From Gammaproteobacteria bacterium (GTDB lineage Bacteria; Pseudomonadota; Gammaproteobacteria; Steroidobacterales; JBCCMA01), in assembly GCA_045106455.1 (NCBI GenBank), contig JBGCEL010000022.1:13422-77421 (forward strand): a DNA stretch of 64,000 nucleotides, read 5' to 3'. Under the pieces are notes generated by a model, which did not search any database, had not been told where the DNA came from, and saw nothing but the letters and a program-made list of their open reading frames with translations. Of this stretch, positions 46,497 through 56,221 are shown in pieces (position 1 is the first letter of the stretch; each line of letters opens with the position of its first letter). Made by a program: the position numbers and the translations under genes.

Positions 46497-47624
46497 ATGA
46501 CGTTTCCCCGTGCTCTAAAACGCCTGATACAGGCCGCTGCCTTGCTCGTTCTTCTCGCGAGTCCAACCATGAGAGTGCAGGCGGAGCGCGTGAAAGACAT
46601 CGCGTCAATCGCGGGCGTGCGCACCAATCAACTGGTCGGCTACGGTTTGGTGGTTGGCCTCGACGGCACGGGCGATCAAACGCAGCAGGCGCCGTTCACC
46701 GTGCAAAGCCTGCAAAACATGCTGGCACAGTTTGGCATTACCATTCCGCCGGGCGTGAATCCGCAGTTACAAAACGTCGCAGCCGTTTCTGTTCACGCTG
46801 ATCTACCGGCGTTTGGCAAACCCGGGCAGCTAATCGACGTCACGGTATCGTCGATTGCCAACTCCAAGAGCCTGCGCGGCGGCAGTTTGTTGATGACGCC
46901 GCTCAAAGGCGCAGACGGCAACGTCTACGCGGTGGCTCAGGGCAATCTTGTGGTGGGTGGTTTCGGCGCCAGCGGCAACGATGGCTCAAGCATCACAGTG
47001 AATATCCCAAGCGCAGGCCGCATTCCAAACGGTGCGACCGTCGAGCGCGAAGTGCGCACGCGCTTTGCCACAGACCCATTTATTTCGCTCAACTTGAACA
47101 CGGCCGATTTTACGACGGCTCAGCGTTTGATGGATGGCATTAACCAGCATCTTGGTGGCGGCGTGGCCGAAGCCGTCGATGGCGGTACGGTGCGCGTCAG
47201 AGCACCAGAATCAACCTCTGCCAGAATCGCTTTCGTTTCCGAGCTCGAGAAAATTGAAGTAGAGCCTGGCGAAGGCGCCGCCCGCGTAATTATCAATAGC
47301 CGCACCGGGACAGTCGTGATCGGTGCCAACGTGCGTGTGTCGCCAGCCGCCGTGTCGCACGGCTCTTTGGTGGTCACCATCAGCGAACAACCCGTGGCAT
47401 CTCAGCCCAACCCGTTTGGCGACGGTCAAACGGCCGTACTGCCCGATTCCGGTGTGACCATTGAGCAGGAAGAGAATCGGATGTTTCTGTTTAATCCCGG
47501 CGTCACGCTCAACGATATCGTGCGGGCGGTGAACGAAGTAGGGGCTGCGCCTGGTGATCTGGTCGCGATTCTTGAGGCCTTAAAGCAAGCCGGTTCGCTG
47601 CGTGCGGAACTGGTCGTGATATGA
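46497..47624 (+). CDS. flgI: flagellar P-ring protein FlgI
   Basis: Signal peptide, then [30 protein letters not shown] and the C-terminal [15 protein letters not shown]. Confidence 0.95.
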   Translation: MTFPRALKRLIQAAALLVLLASPTMRVQAERVKDIASIAGVRTNQLVGYGLVVGLDGTGDQTQQAPFTVQSLQNMLAQFGITIPPGVNPQLQNVAAVSVHADLPAFGKPGQLIDVTVSSIANSKSLRGGSLLMTPLKGADGNVYAVAQGNLVVGGFGASGNDGSSITVNIPSAGRIPNGATVEREVRTRFATDPFISLNLNTADFTTAQRLMDGINQHLGGGVAEAVDGGTVRVRAPESTSARIAFVSELEKIEVEPGEGAARVIINSRTGTVVIGANVRVSPAAVSHGSLVVTISEQPVASQPNPFGDGQTAVLPDSGVTIEQEENRMFLFNPGVTLNDIVRAVNEVGAAPGDLVAILEALKQAGSLRAELVVI

Positions 47625-48499
47625 AGCCAGCAGCACAAGTCCAGTCCCTCGCAACCACGTTTGCACGCGGCAGTACACCGGAGCCGGAATTTAAGGTGAG
47701 CGATGAGTTGCGTGAAGTGGCGCATCAGTTCGAAGCGCTGTTTACGCAGATGCTGATGAAAAATATGCGTTCAGCGAGCCTTGGTGAAGGCGCGATGGAC
47801 AGCGAACAGGGCAAGTTTTATCGCGACATGTTTGATCAGGAGATGTCCAGCGCGCTGTCCAAAAACAGCGGCTTGGGTATCGCAGATATGCTCTTGCGAC
47901 AGTTTTCCAGTGGGGCGGGCGCCGATTTGAGTGCGGATCGACCCACCCATTTTGTTGCACCCAGTCGTTCGTTCGCAGGCGTTGCCGCCGTGCCCGATAG
48001 CGAATTGAGTTCGGATCCGAAGATGCGCTTTGTCCAGCGCGTGATGCCCTTTGCACGCAAAGCCGCCGCAATGCTCAAAGTCGCCCCACAGTTTTTGATT
48101 GCTCAGGCCGCGCTCGAAACCGGCTGGGGTCAGCACCCGATCCGCACCGCCGGTGGTGAAGATTCACATAATCTGTTTGGCATCAAAGCGGGACGCAGCT
48201 GGTCGGGGGAGCGTGCGCAGATTCGCACGCAGGAATATGTTGAAGGCAAGGCACATGATGTGCGCGCCGATTTTCGCGCCTATGAATCGGTCAAAGAGAG
48301 CTTCGAGGATTACGCCAAATTGCTGTTGAACGCGCCACGCTATCAAGAGGCGCTGGGGAAAGGTGCTGACGGCGCCGGCTTCGCAGAGGCTTTGCAACGC
48401 GGCGGTTACGCCACCGATCCAAAATACGCCGACAAAATTTTACGTATTGCCAACGGATCAATTCTCAAAAAGGCCCTCAACGCCCTAAAGATTCCCTAG
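47621..48499 (+). CDS. flgJ: flagellar rod assembly protein / peptidoglycan hydrolase FlgJ
   Basis: N-terminal rod-binding domain ([14 protein letters not shown]) plus a C-terminal glucosaminidase domain ([18 protein letters not shown]). The start overlaps the flgI stop. Confidence 0.9.
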   Translation: MKPAAQVQSLATTFARGSTPEPEFKVSDELREVAHQFEALFTQMLMKNMRSASLGEGAMDSEQGKFYRDMFDQEMSSALSKNSGLGIADMLLRQFSSGAGADLSADRPTHFVAPSRSFAGVAAVPDSELSSDPKMRFVQRVMPFARKAAAMLKVAPQFLIAQAALETGWGQHPIRTAGGEDSHNLFGIKAGRSWSGERAQIRTQEYVEGKAHDVRADFRAYESVKESFEDYAKLLLNAPRYQEALGKGADGAGFAEALQRGGYATDPKYADKILRIANGSILKKALNALKIP

Positions 48500-48556
48500 C
48501 AGGTGTCGATATTTTGACGAACGCGAAATTCATGGGTTTCGCCCGCCGGAGAAGTT

Positions 48557-50446
48557 ATGTCAATTCTGAATACGAGCCTGTCCGCACTGCGCGTGGCGCA
48601 GCGTGCGCTGGAAACCACCAGTCACAATATCGCTAACGTCAATACACCTGGCTATTCGCGTCAGCGCGTATTGCTTGGCACACGTGAAGCCACCAATTTC
48701 GGCTTTGGCTCCATTGGCAATGGCGCGGAGGTTCAATCGGTTCAACGGGTCTACGACCAGTTCTTGGGCGATCAAGTCACTAGCGCCACCAGTGCGCTGG
48801 GACGCTTTGAGTCGTTTGCCGCGTTGGCAGATCGTCTCGGTAACCTGCTGAATGATCCGAACGACGGGCTTTCCTCGACCATGCAGTCGTTTTACAACGC
48901 AGCCGGCGATGTCGCGAACGATCCGGCCTCCATTGGTGCCCGTGAAGCCATGCTGGGCGAGACTCGGGTGGTTGTTGACCGGTTCAGTCAGATGGCTTCG
49001 CAGCTGTCGGGCCTGGATCAAGAGGTCAATTCACGCATTGCTCAGGACGTCGCGGATATTGATGCTCTGGCCGGCGACATCGCCGCATTGAACGAACGCA
49101 TCTCGCTCAACGGTGGCAGCGACCCCAGCAGTGTCCCCAATGATCTGGTCGATGAGCGCCAGAATCTGTTAAACGAATTAGCCGCACGGGTGGCGATCAC
49201 CACCACGCAACAAGACGATGGCTCCACCAACGTTTTTCTGGGCACAGGCCAGCTGTTAGTACTGGGTGCCAATTCCTCGAACGTCAGCACACAAGTAGAT
49301 CCGCTGGATCCAACCAAACTGCAGGTAAGACTCGGCGTAGATGGCGGCAGTTCAGACATCACCAGTGCGGTGCAGGGCGGCTCGTTGGGCGGGTTGTTGG
49401 AGTTTTCCGAACAGGGCCTCGGTAGCGCACAGAATCAATTGGGCCGCATTGCGACGGCCTTTGCGTTGGACGTCAATGCACAACATCAACGCGGCATGGA
49501 TTACGACGGCGATTTGGGCGGCGAGTTTTTCTCGATCGCTGGGCCCGCCGCAACGCCTTCAAACCTCAATACCGGCACCGGCGTTGTGGATTTCGCGATC
49601 GACGACATCACGCAGGTCGGTGTGGATAATTATCGTTTGAGCTTCGACGGTGCCGCGTACAGCGTGTTAAACACGACCGATGGCACCAACGTGCCGTTTA
49701 CCGGCACGGGCACCGCGGGCGATCCACTAACATTCGAGGGACTCACGGTGAGCATGACCGGCACGCCCGCGGCCGGCGATCAATTCTCGCTGGAACCGAT
49801 GCGCGATGCGGCGGCCTCGCTGAGCCTGTCGATCACGACCGGACGCGACATCGCGGCGGCCCTGCCGGTCCGCACGGGCGCAGACGGCGCGAACTCCGGC
49901 ACCGCCACAATTAGTATTGCTGACATTAACGATCCGGCAAACGCCAATTTGCTCGATGACGTCGATATCGAATTTACCGCCCCGACCACCTATCAGATTA
50001 ATGGCGCCGGCAGTTTTACGTTTACGCCGGGTCAGCCGATCTCGCTCAATGGCTACGACATTGACGTTCAGGGCACACCTTCCGCTGGTGACCAGTTCAG
50101 CGTCGAATCCAATGTCGGCGGTATTGGCGACAACCGCAATATCTTGAATATCGGACAGCTGCCGAATCAATCTTTGCTCGATGGTGAAACCGCGACGCTG
50201 AACGACGCGGTGGGCACGCTGGTTGCTCAGGCCGGCATCAACGGCCGTGAAGCCGCGCGCGGCGTCGCCGCCCAAACCACGCTGCTCGAGCAAGCCCAGG
50301 CCCGCGTGCTGGAAGTGTCCGGGGTCAATCTGGACGAGGAGGCGGCCAATCTTTTGCAATTCCAGCAAAGCTACCAGGCAGCGGCTCAAATGATTGCCGT
50401 CACCGACACGCTGTTCGCCACCATTCTTAATGCAGTAGGCCGCTAA
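48557..50446 (+). CDS. flgK: flagellar hook-associated protein 1 FlgK
   Basis: 629 aa. N-terminal LETTSHNIANVNTPGYSRQ and C-terminal SGVNLDEEAANLLQFQQSYQAAAQMIAV. Confidence 0.92.
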   Translation: MSILNTSLSALRVAQRALETTSHNIANVNTPGYSRQRVLLGTREATNFGFGSIGNGAEVQSVQRVYDQFLGDQVTSATSALGRFESFAALADRLGNLLNDPNDGLSSTMQSFYNAAGDVANDPASIGAREAMLGETRVVVDRFSQMASQLSGLDQEVNSRIAQDVADIDALAGDIAALNERISLNGGSDPSSVPNDLVDERQNLLNELAARVAITTTQQDDGSTNVFLGTGQLLVLGANSSNVSTQVDPLDPTKLQVRLGVDGGSSDITSAVQGGSLGGLLEFSEQGLGSAQNQLGRIATAFALDVNAQHQRGMDYDGDLGGEFFSIAGPAATPSNLNTGTGVVDFAIDDITQVGVDNYRLSFDGAAYSVLNTTDGTNVPFTGTGTAGDPLTFEGLTVSMTGTPAAGDQFSLEPMRDAAASLSLSITTGRDIAAALPVRTGADGANSGTATISIADINDPANANLLDDVDIEFTAPTTYQINGAGSFTFTPGQPISLNGYDIDVQGTPSAGDQFSVESNVGGIGDNRNILNIGQLPNQSLLDGETATLNDAVGTLVAQAGINGREAARGVAAQTTLLEQAQARVLEVSGVNLDEEAANLLQFQQSYQAAAQMIAVTDTLFATILNAVGR

Positions 50447-51639
50447 TGCGCACATCCACCGCTCTGTTTTTTCGCCAAAGCACGTCGCAGCTCAATCGGT
50501 TGCAGACTGAGCTTACTCGCACGCAGCTGCAAATCTCCACCGGACAGCGTTTGCTCAGTCCGTCGGACGACCCGGTGGCAGCAGCACAAATCACCAGCAT
50601 CACCGCTGCGCTTGAGCAAAACGAGCAGTTTCAGCGTAACGCCGGGCTCGCGGAAGGGCGTCTTTCTATTGAAGAGACCACGCTTGCCGATGTTCAGAAC
50701 GCACTATTTCGAGTCCGCGACCTTGCCTTGCAGGCCAACAACGATACGCAAACCTTCGAATCTCGCCGTTTTATCGCCGTAGAGGTTGAAGAGATCTTGA
50801 GCCAGCTGGTTGAGCTTGGCAATCGACGTGATGGTCAGGGCAATTTCGTGTTTTCGGGTTTTCAGTCCCGCACCGAGCCTTTTGCTAAATCGAACGGGGA
50901 GGTCATCTACAACGGCGACCAGGGTGATCGTCGTGTGCAGATTGGACCAACGCGCTTTGTCGACGATGGCGATTCCGGCGGTGAAGTGTTCGTCGAAATT
51001 GCCAACGGCAACGGTCAGTTTGCCACCAACGCTTTAGAAACCAACACCGGCACCGGCGTGATCGACGCCGGCAGTCTCAATGGCATTACGCGCTGGCCCG
51101 AGGAAAGTTACGCCGTAGCATTTACTGCTCCCGACCAATACAACGTTCTCGACTCGCTCGGCGCGATTGTTCAAACGGGCACGTTTGCGCCGGGTGATAC
51201 GATCGATATTCCCGGCGCGACGCTCAGCATCGACGGCCAGCCGGCTACCGGCGATTCGTTTACCGTCACGCCGTCCGAAAGTCAGGATATTTTCGCGACC
51301 GTGCAAAACCTGGTAGATGCACTACGCAATGACGTTGGGGGTCAGGAAGGCTCTGCGCTTCTGAACAATCGTGTAAACAACGTGCTCAGCGACCTTGATC
51401 AGGGCATTGGTAACGTACTGGACATCCGAGCGCGCGTCGGTTCTAGACTGCAGGCGATTGACGCTCAGGAAAACAGCAACGCCGATCTGGAGCTCACGCT
51501 ACAGAGCACGCGCTCCCAGCTGCAGGACGTCGATTTCGCCGAAGCGATATCCAACCTCAATCAGCAGCTCACCAGTCTGCAGGCCGCACAGCAAACCTTC
51601 GCACGCGTCCAGGGTCTGTCACTGTTTAACGTATTGTAA
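50446..51639 (+). CDS. flgL: flagellar hook-associated protein 3 FlgL
   Basis: 397 aa with flagellin-like N- and C-terminal helices. Located directly after flgK (TAATG overlap). Confidence 0.87.
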   Translation: MRTSTALFFRQSTSQLNRLQTELTRTQLQISTGQRLLSPSDDPVAAAQITSITAALEQNEQFQRNAGLAEGRLSIEETTLADVQNALFRVRDLALQANNDTQTFESRRFIAVEVEEILSQLVELGNRRDGQGNFVFSGFQSRTEPFAKSNGEVIYNGDQGDRRVQIGPTRFVDDGDSGGEVFVEIANGNGQFATNALETNTGTGVIDAGSLNGITRWPEESYAVAFTAPDQYNVLDSLGAIVQTGTFAPGDTIDIPGATLSIDGQPATGDSFTVTPSESQDIFATVQNLVDALRNDVGGQEGSALLNNRVNNVLSDLDQGIGNVLDIRARVGSRLQAIDAQENSNADLELTLQSTRSQLQDVDFAEAISNLNQQLTSLQAAQQTFARVQGLSLFNVL

Positions 51640-51719
51640 GCGCTGCGCATCAGCGCATTGCATACATTCGATGAAATTAACTTTCTGTGACGCAGGTCCG
51701 CTCCGATCAGAAAAAAGCC

Positions 51720-51746
51720 TCAAGGTTTTTTCGCCCACGCCGCTAA
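51720..51746 (+). promoter_or_regulatory. sigma-28 (FliA)-type promoter for fliC
   Basis: TCAA-N15-GCCGCTAA against TAAA-N15-GCCGATAA. It lies 77 nt upstream of the fliC ATG. Confidence 0.5.
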
Positions 51747-51822
51747 ATCCAGTGTCCGACGATAATTTGACGATTCTTGTTGGCACACTTTAGGGATTTA
51801 GTAGCTTTTACGGAGTATAGAA

Positions 51823-53205
51823 ATGGCTCAATTCATCAACACCAACGTTGCATCGCTGAATGCACAGCGCAATCTAGGGCGCTCGCAGACAGGCATGAAT
51901 ACAGCCATGCAACGTCTGTCGACCGGTTTGCGCATTAACAGCGCCAAAGACGACGCTGCAGGCCTTGCAATTTCAGAACGATTCACCACGCAGATCCGCG
52001 GCCTTGACCAGGCCATGCGAAATGCAAACGACGGCATCTCGCTGGCACAAACCGCAGAAGGCGCAATGGGCGAGCTGACCAGCAACCTGCAGCGAATTCG
52101 CGAGCTTGCTGTGCAGTCGGCTAACGTTACCAACTCGGCCAGTGACCGCCAGGCACTCGATGCCGAAGTGCAGCAACGTATCGCTGAGATTGATCGTATT
52201 TCGACGCAGACGTCGTTCAACGGTCTCAAAGTACTGGACGGTAGCGCAGGCGCGGCCACCTTCCAGGTTGGCGCGAACGTCGGCGAGACCATCTCGCTCG
52301 GGCTTTCGACCAACGTACGCTCCGGCGCACTGGGCCAGATCGCCTCTGACGAGCGTCAGGTTACCGGCACGGGCCTCACCAACGGTGGTCTGACCATCGC
52401 GGTGGGCAATACCGCTGCGGTTAGCATCGGTGCTTCCGACTCGGGCAGTGCCCAGGATGTCGCCGAGGCCATCAATTCGTCGGGTGTGGCGGGTCTTACG
52501 ACTACGGCCACCAACGAACAAACCGGAACGTTTGCAGCGATCGGTGGTTCGGCGACCGACACTTATGCGCTGACCATTAACGATCAGGTGATTTTCGCTC
52601 CCGCTACCGACGCCGCCGCCGGCATTACCGCAGGTGAAGTTGTTGATCAGATCAACCTGTTCTCAAACACCACCGGGGTTGTGGCATCGTTGGATGGTTC
52701 GACCGTTACGTTGACGGCCGAAGACGGGCGTAATATTACGACCGTTGAGGCGGCCACGGAAGGCACATCTGGATTTGCCTCGGATACTTACGAGGGTCAG
52801 GTAACGCTGACGGCCAGTGAGAACATTACCTTCGGCGGCACCCAGTCCACGGCGGTCCTTGGCTCGCCAGCGGTGATCACCAAAGACACCGATACGCTTG
52901 AAAACGTTTCCATCACAAGCGTCGACAACGCCAATGATGCGATCGCGCGTATCGATTCTGCATTGACCGCAGTCTCGTCTTTCCGTAGTGATTTGGGTGC
53001 TATCCAGAACCGTCTGGAATCGACCATCAACAACCTGCAGACCACCAGTGAAAACCTTTCGGCTTCACGTGGCCGCATTCAGGATGCTGACTTTGCATCG
53101 GAAACTGCCAACCTCACGAAGGCGCAGATTCTGCAGCAGGCCGGCGTTGCGATGCTCTCGCAGGCCAATACGCAGCCTCAGATTGCTCTGAGTTTGCTCG
53201 GCTAA
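51823..53205 (+). CDS. fliC: flagellin
   Basis: 460 aa. Starts MAQFINTNVASLNAQRNLGRSQ...RLSTGLRINSAKDDAAGLAI and ends ANLTKAQILQQAGVAMLSQANTQPQIALSLLG. Confidence 0.93.
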   Translation: MAQFINTNVASLNAQRNLGRSQTGMNTAMQRLSTGLRINSAKDDAAGLAISERFTTQIRGLDQAMRNANDGISLAQTAEGAMGELTSNLQRIRELAVQSANVTNSASDRQALDAEVQQRIAEIDRISTQTSFNGLKVLDGSAGAATFQVGANVGETISLGLSTNVRSGALGQIASDERQVTGTGLTNGGLTIAVGNTAAVSIGASDSGSAQDVAEAINSSGVAGLTTTATNEQTGTFAAIGGSATDTYALTINDQVIFAPATDAAAGITAGEVVDQINLFSNTTGVVASLDGSTVTLTAEDGRNITTVEAATEGTSGFASDTYEGQVTLTASENITFGGTQSTAVLGSPAVITKDTDTLENVSITSVDNANDAIARIDSALTAVSSFRSDLGAIQNRLESTINNLQTTSENLSASRGRIQDADFASETANLTKAQILQQAGVAMLSQANTQPQIALSLLG

Positions 53206-53219
53206 ATTACAAGCCAAAG

Positions 53220-53257
53220 CCCCCGACGTGTTGGTTGGCACGACGGGGTCTCTTTCC
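53220..53257 (+). terminator. rho-independent terminator after fliC
   Basis: CCCCGACGTG - ttggttgg - CACGACGGGG pairs at 9 of 10 positions and is followed by TCTCTTTCC. Confidence 0.6.
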
Positions 53258-53332
53258 AACGAAAGAGAAAAGAGCGCCGGATGTGAGTTGGCATAACGCA
53301 TCCGGCGGTCTCACTAGCAGGAGACAAACACG

Positions 53333-53761
53333 ATGAACAACGATATTCGTTCGTCAGTGAATTCCGTATTGCCAACAGTGGATCGAGCATCGCGTGCCAT
53401 GCGCGAAGATGACACCGCTGTTAACACCAATCGCGAAGCGCGTAATGCGCAGCGCAGTGACCAAACGCGGGAGACTGACACCCGGCGAGAGACGGAGGCG
53501 ACCGACGAGCCTCGCTCTGAAAGCGCCGTGCAGCCTGAGCGTGAACAGGTGGAACAGGCCGCCCAGGAGCTCGCCCGGCGAGCGGAAAAAATGGGCCGTG
53601 ACCTGAAGTTTGAGGTCGACGACGACAGCGGAATGACGGTGGTCAAGGTGATTGACCGCAATTCCGAAGAAGTTGTGCGGCAAATTCCAAGTGAAGAGGC
53701 GATCGCCCGCGCAGCAGATGGCAGTGATGACTCACTGCGATTGATTGAGGCGAAGGCCTGA
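53333..53761 (+). CDS. flaG: flagellar protein FlaG
   Basis: 142 aa. Acidic/basic disordered N-terminus, then the FlaG core LKFEVDDDSGMTVVKVIDRNSEEVVRQIPSEE. Confidence 0.82.
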   Translation: MNNDIRSSVNSVLPTVDRASRAMREDDTAVNTNREARNAQRSDQTRETDTRRETEATDEPRSESAVQPEREQVEQAAQELARRAEKMGRDLKFEVDDDSGMTVVKVIDRNSEEVVRQIPSEEAIARAADGSDDSLRLIEAKA

Positions 53762-53794
53762 CCGGCCCACCAAAATGTACAGGATCAACACAAT

Positions 53795-55174
53795 ATGATT
53801 ACCGCACAGGGCCTTGGCTCCGGACTCGACGTCGCGTCGATTGTGTCCCAGCTCGTCGTAGCCGAAGGTCAACCGGCCACTTTGCGATTGGCTCGCCGCG
53901 AGGCGAGCATCCAGTCCGAGCTCTCAGCGCTCGGCAGTTTTAAGTCATCTCTGTCAACGTTTCGCGAAGCCGTAGAACGGCTCGACGACGTGGATGTTTT
54001 TCGCTCGCGCCGCGCTACCAGTAGCAACGAAGACCTGTTTACCGTGTCGGCCGGCGTCGACGCCGTGCCCTCGTCGTATGAGGTAGAAGTTCTAAACGTT
54101 GCCGCTTCAGCCAAGATCACGTCTCAGGCGTTCTCGGACGCGACGGATAAGCAGCTCGGCGCAGGCCAACTGATTTTTCGCAGTGGCGAAGACGGTGCGG
54201 ATGATTTCACCATTACCATCGACGCAGAAACCTCCACGTTGGCGGATATTCGCGATGCGATTAACGACAACCCCGACAACCGTAGCGTAAGCGCTTCGAT
54301 CATTACGGCAGAAGATGGTGCCCGTCTTATTCTTACCGGCACGAAAACTGGCGAAGACAACCCAATTGAAATCGAGTCGTTTGACGGCGGCCTCGACTTT
54401 TTGACCTTCGGCGCTGGCGCCGAACCGGGCAGCACCATGACCTCGCTGCGCGATGCAGAAGATGCCCGTATCCGGGTAGATAGTTTTGAGCAATCCAGCA
54501 GTTCCAATGTCTTTCGAGATATTGTCGGTGGCGTATCCATTAATGTGGTGGACGCAGAACCTGGCACTATTGAAACGCTTCGCGTGGCCTACGATACGGG
54601 TGATGCGACCAGCAAGGTGCGTGAGTTTGTTACGGCCTATAACTCGCTGGTCGATTCGCTGGCCAATCTAACTCGTTTTGATGCCGAGACCGGGGATGCC
54701 GGTGTCCTGCTCGGTGATACCGGCGTGCGTGACGTTAGTAGCTCGCTGCGCCGCGAAGTGGCCGGCGGCGGTCTGCTCAGTGATGGCAGCTATCGTTCGT
54801 TAACACGCGCGGGCATTGAAACTGACCTTGAGGGCAAGCTCAACATTGATGAAGCCGAACTCACGGCGGCGCTTGGCGAAGATTTCGACGCAGTATCAAG
54901 ACTGTTTGGTGGCGAAGATGGGTTTGCGACGCGTCTCAACGCGGTCATGGATCCGTACCTCGAGGAGGGCGGGCGAATTGACCAACGGACCGAAGGACTC
55001 GAGGGCTCGATCGATCTGATCGCCGACCAGCGCACCGCGCTTGATTTACGTCTGCAGTCCGTCGAAGCACGGCTTTTGAACCAATTCTCTGCTCTGGATT
55101 CGATCGTCTCGTCACTGTCTGTCACGTCTGATTTTCTCACCGCTCAACTGTCCGGCTTGCCGAACTCACAATAG
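53795..55174 (+). CDS. fliD: flagellar filament cap protein FliD
   Basis: 459 aa. Starts GLGSGLDVASIVSQLVVAEGQP and ends with a coiled coil, LLNQFSALDSIVSSL. Confidence 0.92.
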   Translation: MITAQGLGSGLDVASIVSQLVVAEGQPATLRLARREASIQSELSALGSFKSSLSTFREAVERLDDVDVFRSRRATSSNEDLFTVSAGVDAVPSSYEVEVLNVAASAKITSQAFSDATDKQLGAGQLIFRSGEDGADDFTITIDAETSTLADIRDAINDNPDNRSVSASIITAEDGARLILTGTKTGEDNPIEIESFDGGLDFLTFGAGAEPGSTMTSLRDAEDARIRVDSFEQSSSSNVFRDIVGGVSINVVDAEPGTIETLRVAYDTGDATSKVREFVTAYNSLVDSLANLTRFDAETGDAGVLLGDTGVRDVSSSLRREVAGGGLLSDGSYRSLTRAGIETDLEGKLNIDEAELTAALGEDFDAVSRLFGGEDGFATRLNAVMDPYLEEGGRIDQRTEGLEGSIDLIADQRTALDLRLQSVEARLLNQFSALDSIVSSLSVTSDFLTAQLSGLPNSQ

Positions 55175-55188
55175 GGACGACGCTGCAC

Positions 55189-55605
55189 ATGTATCCAAAT
55201 TCGCAGGGCGCGGTCAGCAGCTACCGCGCCCACGGTTCGAAACTTGCGGTTGAAAACGCCGATCCGCACAAACTAATCGATATGCTGCTCGAACGGGCGA
55301 TTGGTCGCTTGGCAGCGGCGCGCGGCCTCATGCAGCGTGGCAACGACAGTGCCAAGGGCGAGCACATCAGTGGTGTCATGGCCATCATCACCGCGCTACA
55401 ATCCAGCCTCGACCATGAGCGCGGTGGAGCGATCTCGACAGAGCTCGATGCGCTGTACGACTATATGGGCCGGCAATTAATTAAGGCCAATATTTCCAAT
55501 GATGTGCGCTGTGTCGAAGAAGTCAGCGCGCTTTTGCGAGAAATTCGGACAGGTTGGCAGGGAATAAAGCCGCCTGATATGTTTAACGACCCCACTCAAG
55601 GATGA
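55189..55605 (+). CDS. fliS: flagellin-specific export chaperone FliS
   Basis: 138-aa four-helix FliS pattern (DPHKLIDMLLERAI..., LDALYDYMGRQLIKANI). Confidence 0.9.
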   Translation: MYPNSQGAVSSYRAHGSKLAVENADPHKLIDMLLERAIGRLAAARGLMQRGNDSAKGEHISGVMAIITALQSSLDHERGGAISTELDALYDYMGRQLIKANISNDVRCVEEVSALLREIRTGWQGIKPPDMFNDPTQG

Positions 55606-55611
55606 GTAACT

Positions 55612-55959
55612 ATGAGCGAAGCACAAAAACCCATACTGACGGATCTGCTCACCACAAGCCGACGGCTTGCAGAGGCGGCATCCGCAGGCGATTGGGATGT
55701 GGTCGCCGATCTTAAAGGCCGACACGAAGATTTGGTGCGCACGTTCTTTGACGGGCTCGCAGGCGGGCCATTAAGCGCGCATGTTTTATCAGAGCTTACT
55801 CAGGTCAGGGTGTACACCGATCTGGTGCTTGAACTGGCGAAAAAACGCCGCACGGGTCTGCTCGACGCGGGCAAAAAAGTGACCAAAGGTCGTCGTGCTA
55901 CGGCCGCGTATCGTGACAATACGATCGCCAATCCAGCAAACACTACCGTCGCGCCATAA
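55612..55959 (+). CDS. putative flagellar chaperone FliT-like protein
   Basis: 115-aa helical protein directly after fliS. LLTTSRRLAEAASAGDWDVVADLKGRHEDLV resembles the FliT family. The assignment rests on context and a weak pattern. Confidence 0.5.
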   Translation: MSEAQKPILTDLLTTSRRLAEAASAGDWDVVADLKGRHEDLVRTFFDGLAGGPLSAHVLSELTQVRVYTDLVLELAKKRRTGLLDAGKKVTKGRRATAAYRDNTIANPANTTVAP

Positions 55960-56011
55960 CATAATCCGAAAAGACGGGCGTCAGCGCCACGTCGAATCAT
56001 CGGCACATTCG

Positions 56012-56062
56012 AAAAGGCCGCATGCCAGCGCTATTTTTTTGACGCTCGTGCGGCCTTTTGTG
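56012..56062 (+). terminator. rho-independent terminator after the fliS/fliT unit
   Basis: 11-bp perfect stem AAAAGGCCGCA ... TGCGGCCTTTT with further inner pairing, followed by a T-rich stretch. Confidence 0.6.
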
Positions 56063-56221
56063 ATTGTCATCACTGTTTGTACCCCCCCACCCGACATATC
56101 CTCAAACGGTCGCAAGGACGATTAAGACAACTCGCAGGGTGCACCTGGACTCCACCCCTTTGTTGTTCGAAATCACGCGACACGACGTTCGAAAATAATG
56201 GCGCAGTGGAGGCACCAACAA

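Noticed and set aside
51781-51796. TGGCAC immediately upstream of fliC (TGGCACACTTTAGGGA) as a possible sigma-54 promoter.
   Set aside because: The -12 position reads GG instead of the near-invariant GC. A better sigma-28-type promoter lies 35 bp upstream.
53289-53304. TGGCAT upstream of flaG (TGGCATAACGCATCCG) as a possible sigma-54 promoter.
   Set aside because: The -12 position reads CC, not GC. The sequence is also the loop and right arm of an inverted repeat.
56082-56088. C7 homopolymer upstream of fleQ as a possible phase-variation tract.
   Set aside because: Seven residues is short for slipped-strand switching, and I cannot place it relative to -35/-10 elements. I have no supporting evidence.
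56165-56195. Two GTTCGAAA direct repeats 22 bp apart just upstream of fleQ, as a possible operator.
   Set aside because: The repeats are short (8 bp) and centred on the self-palindromic TTCGAA. They could arise by chance, and I recognise no matching regulator consensus.
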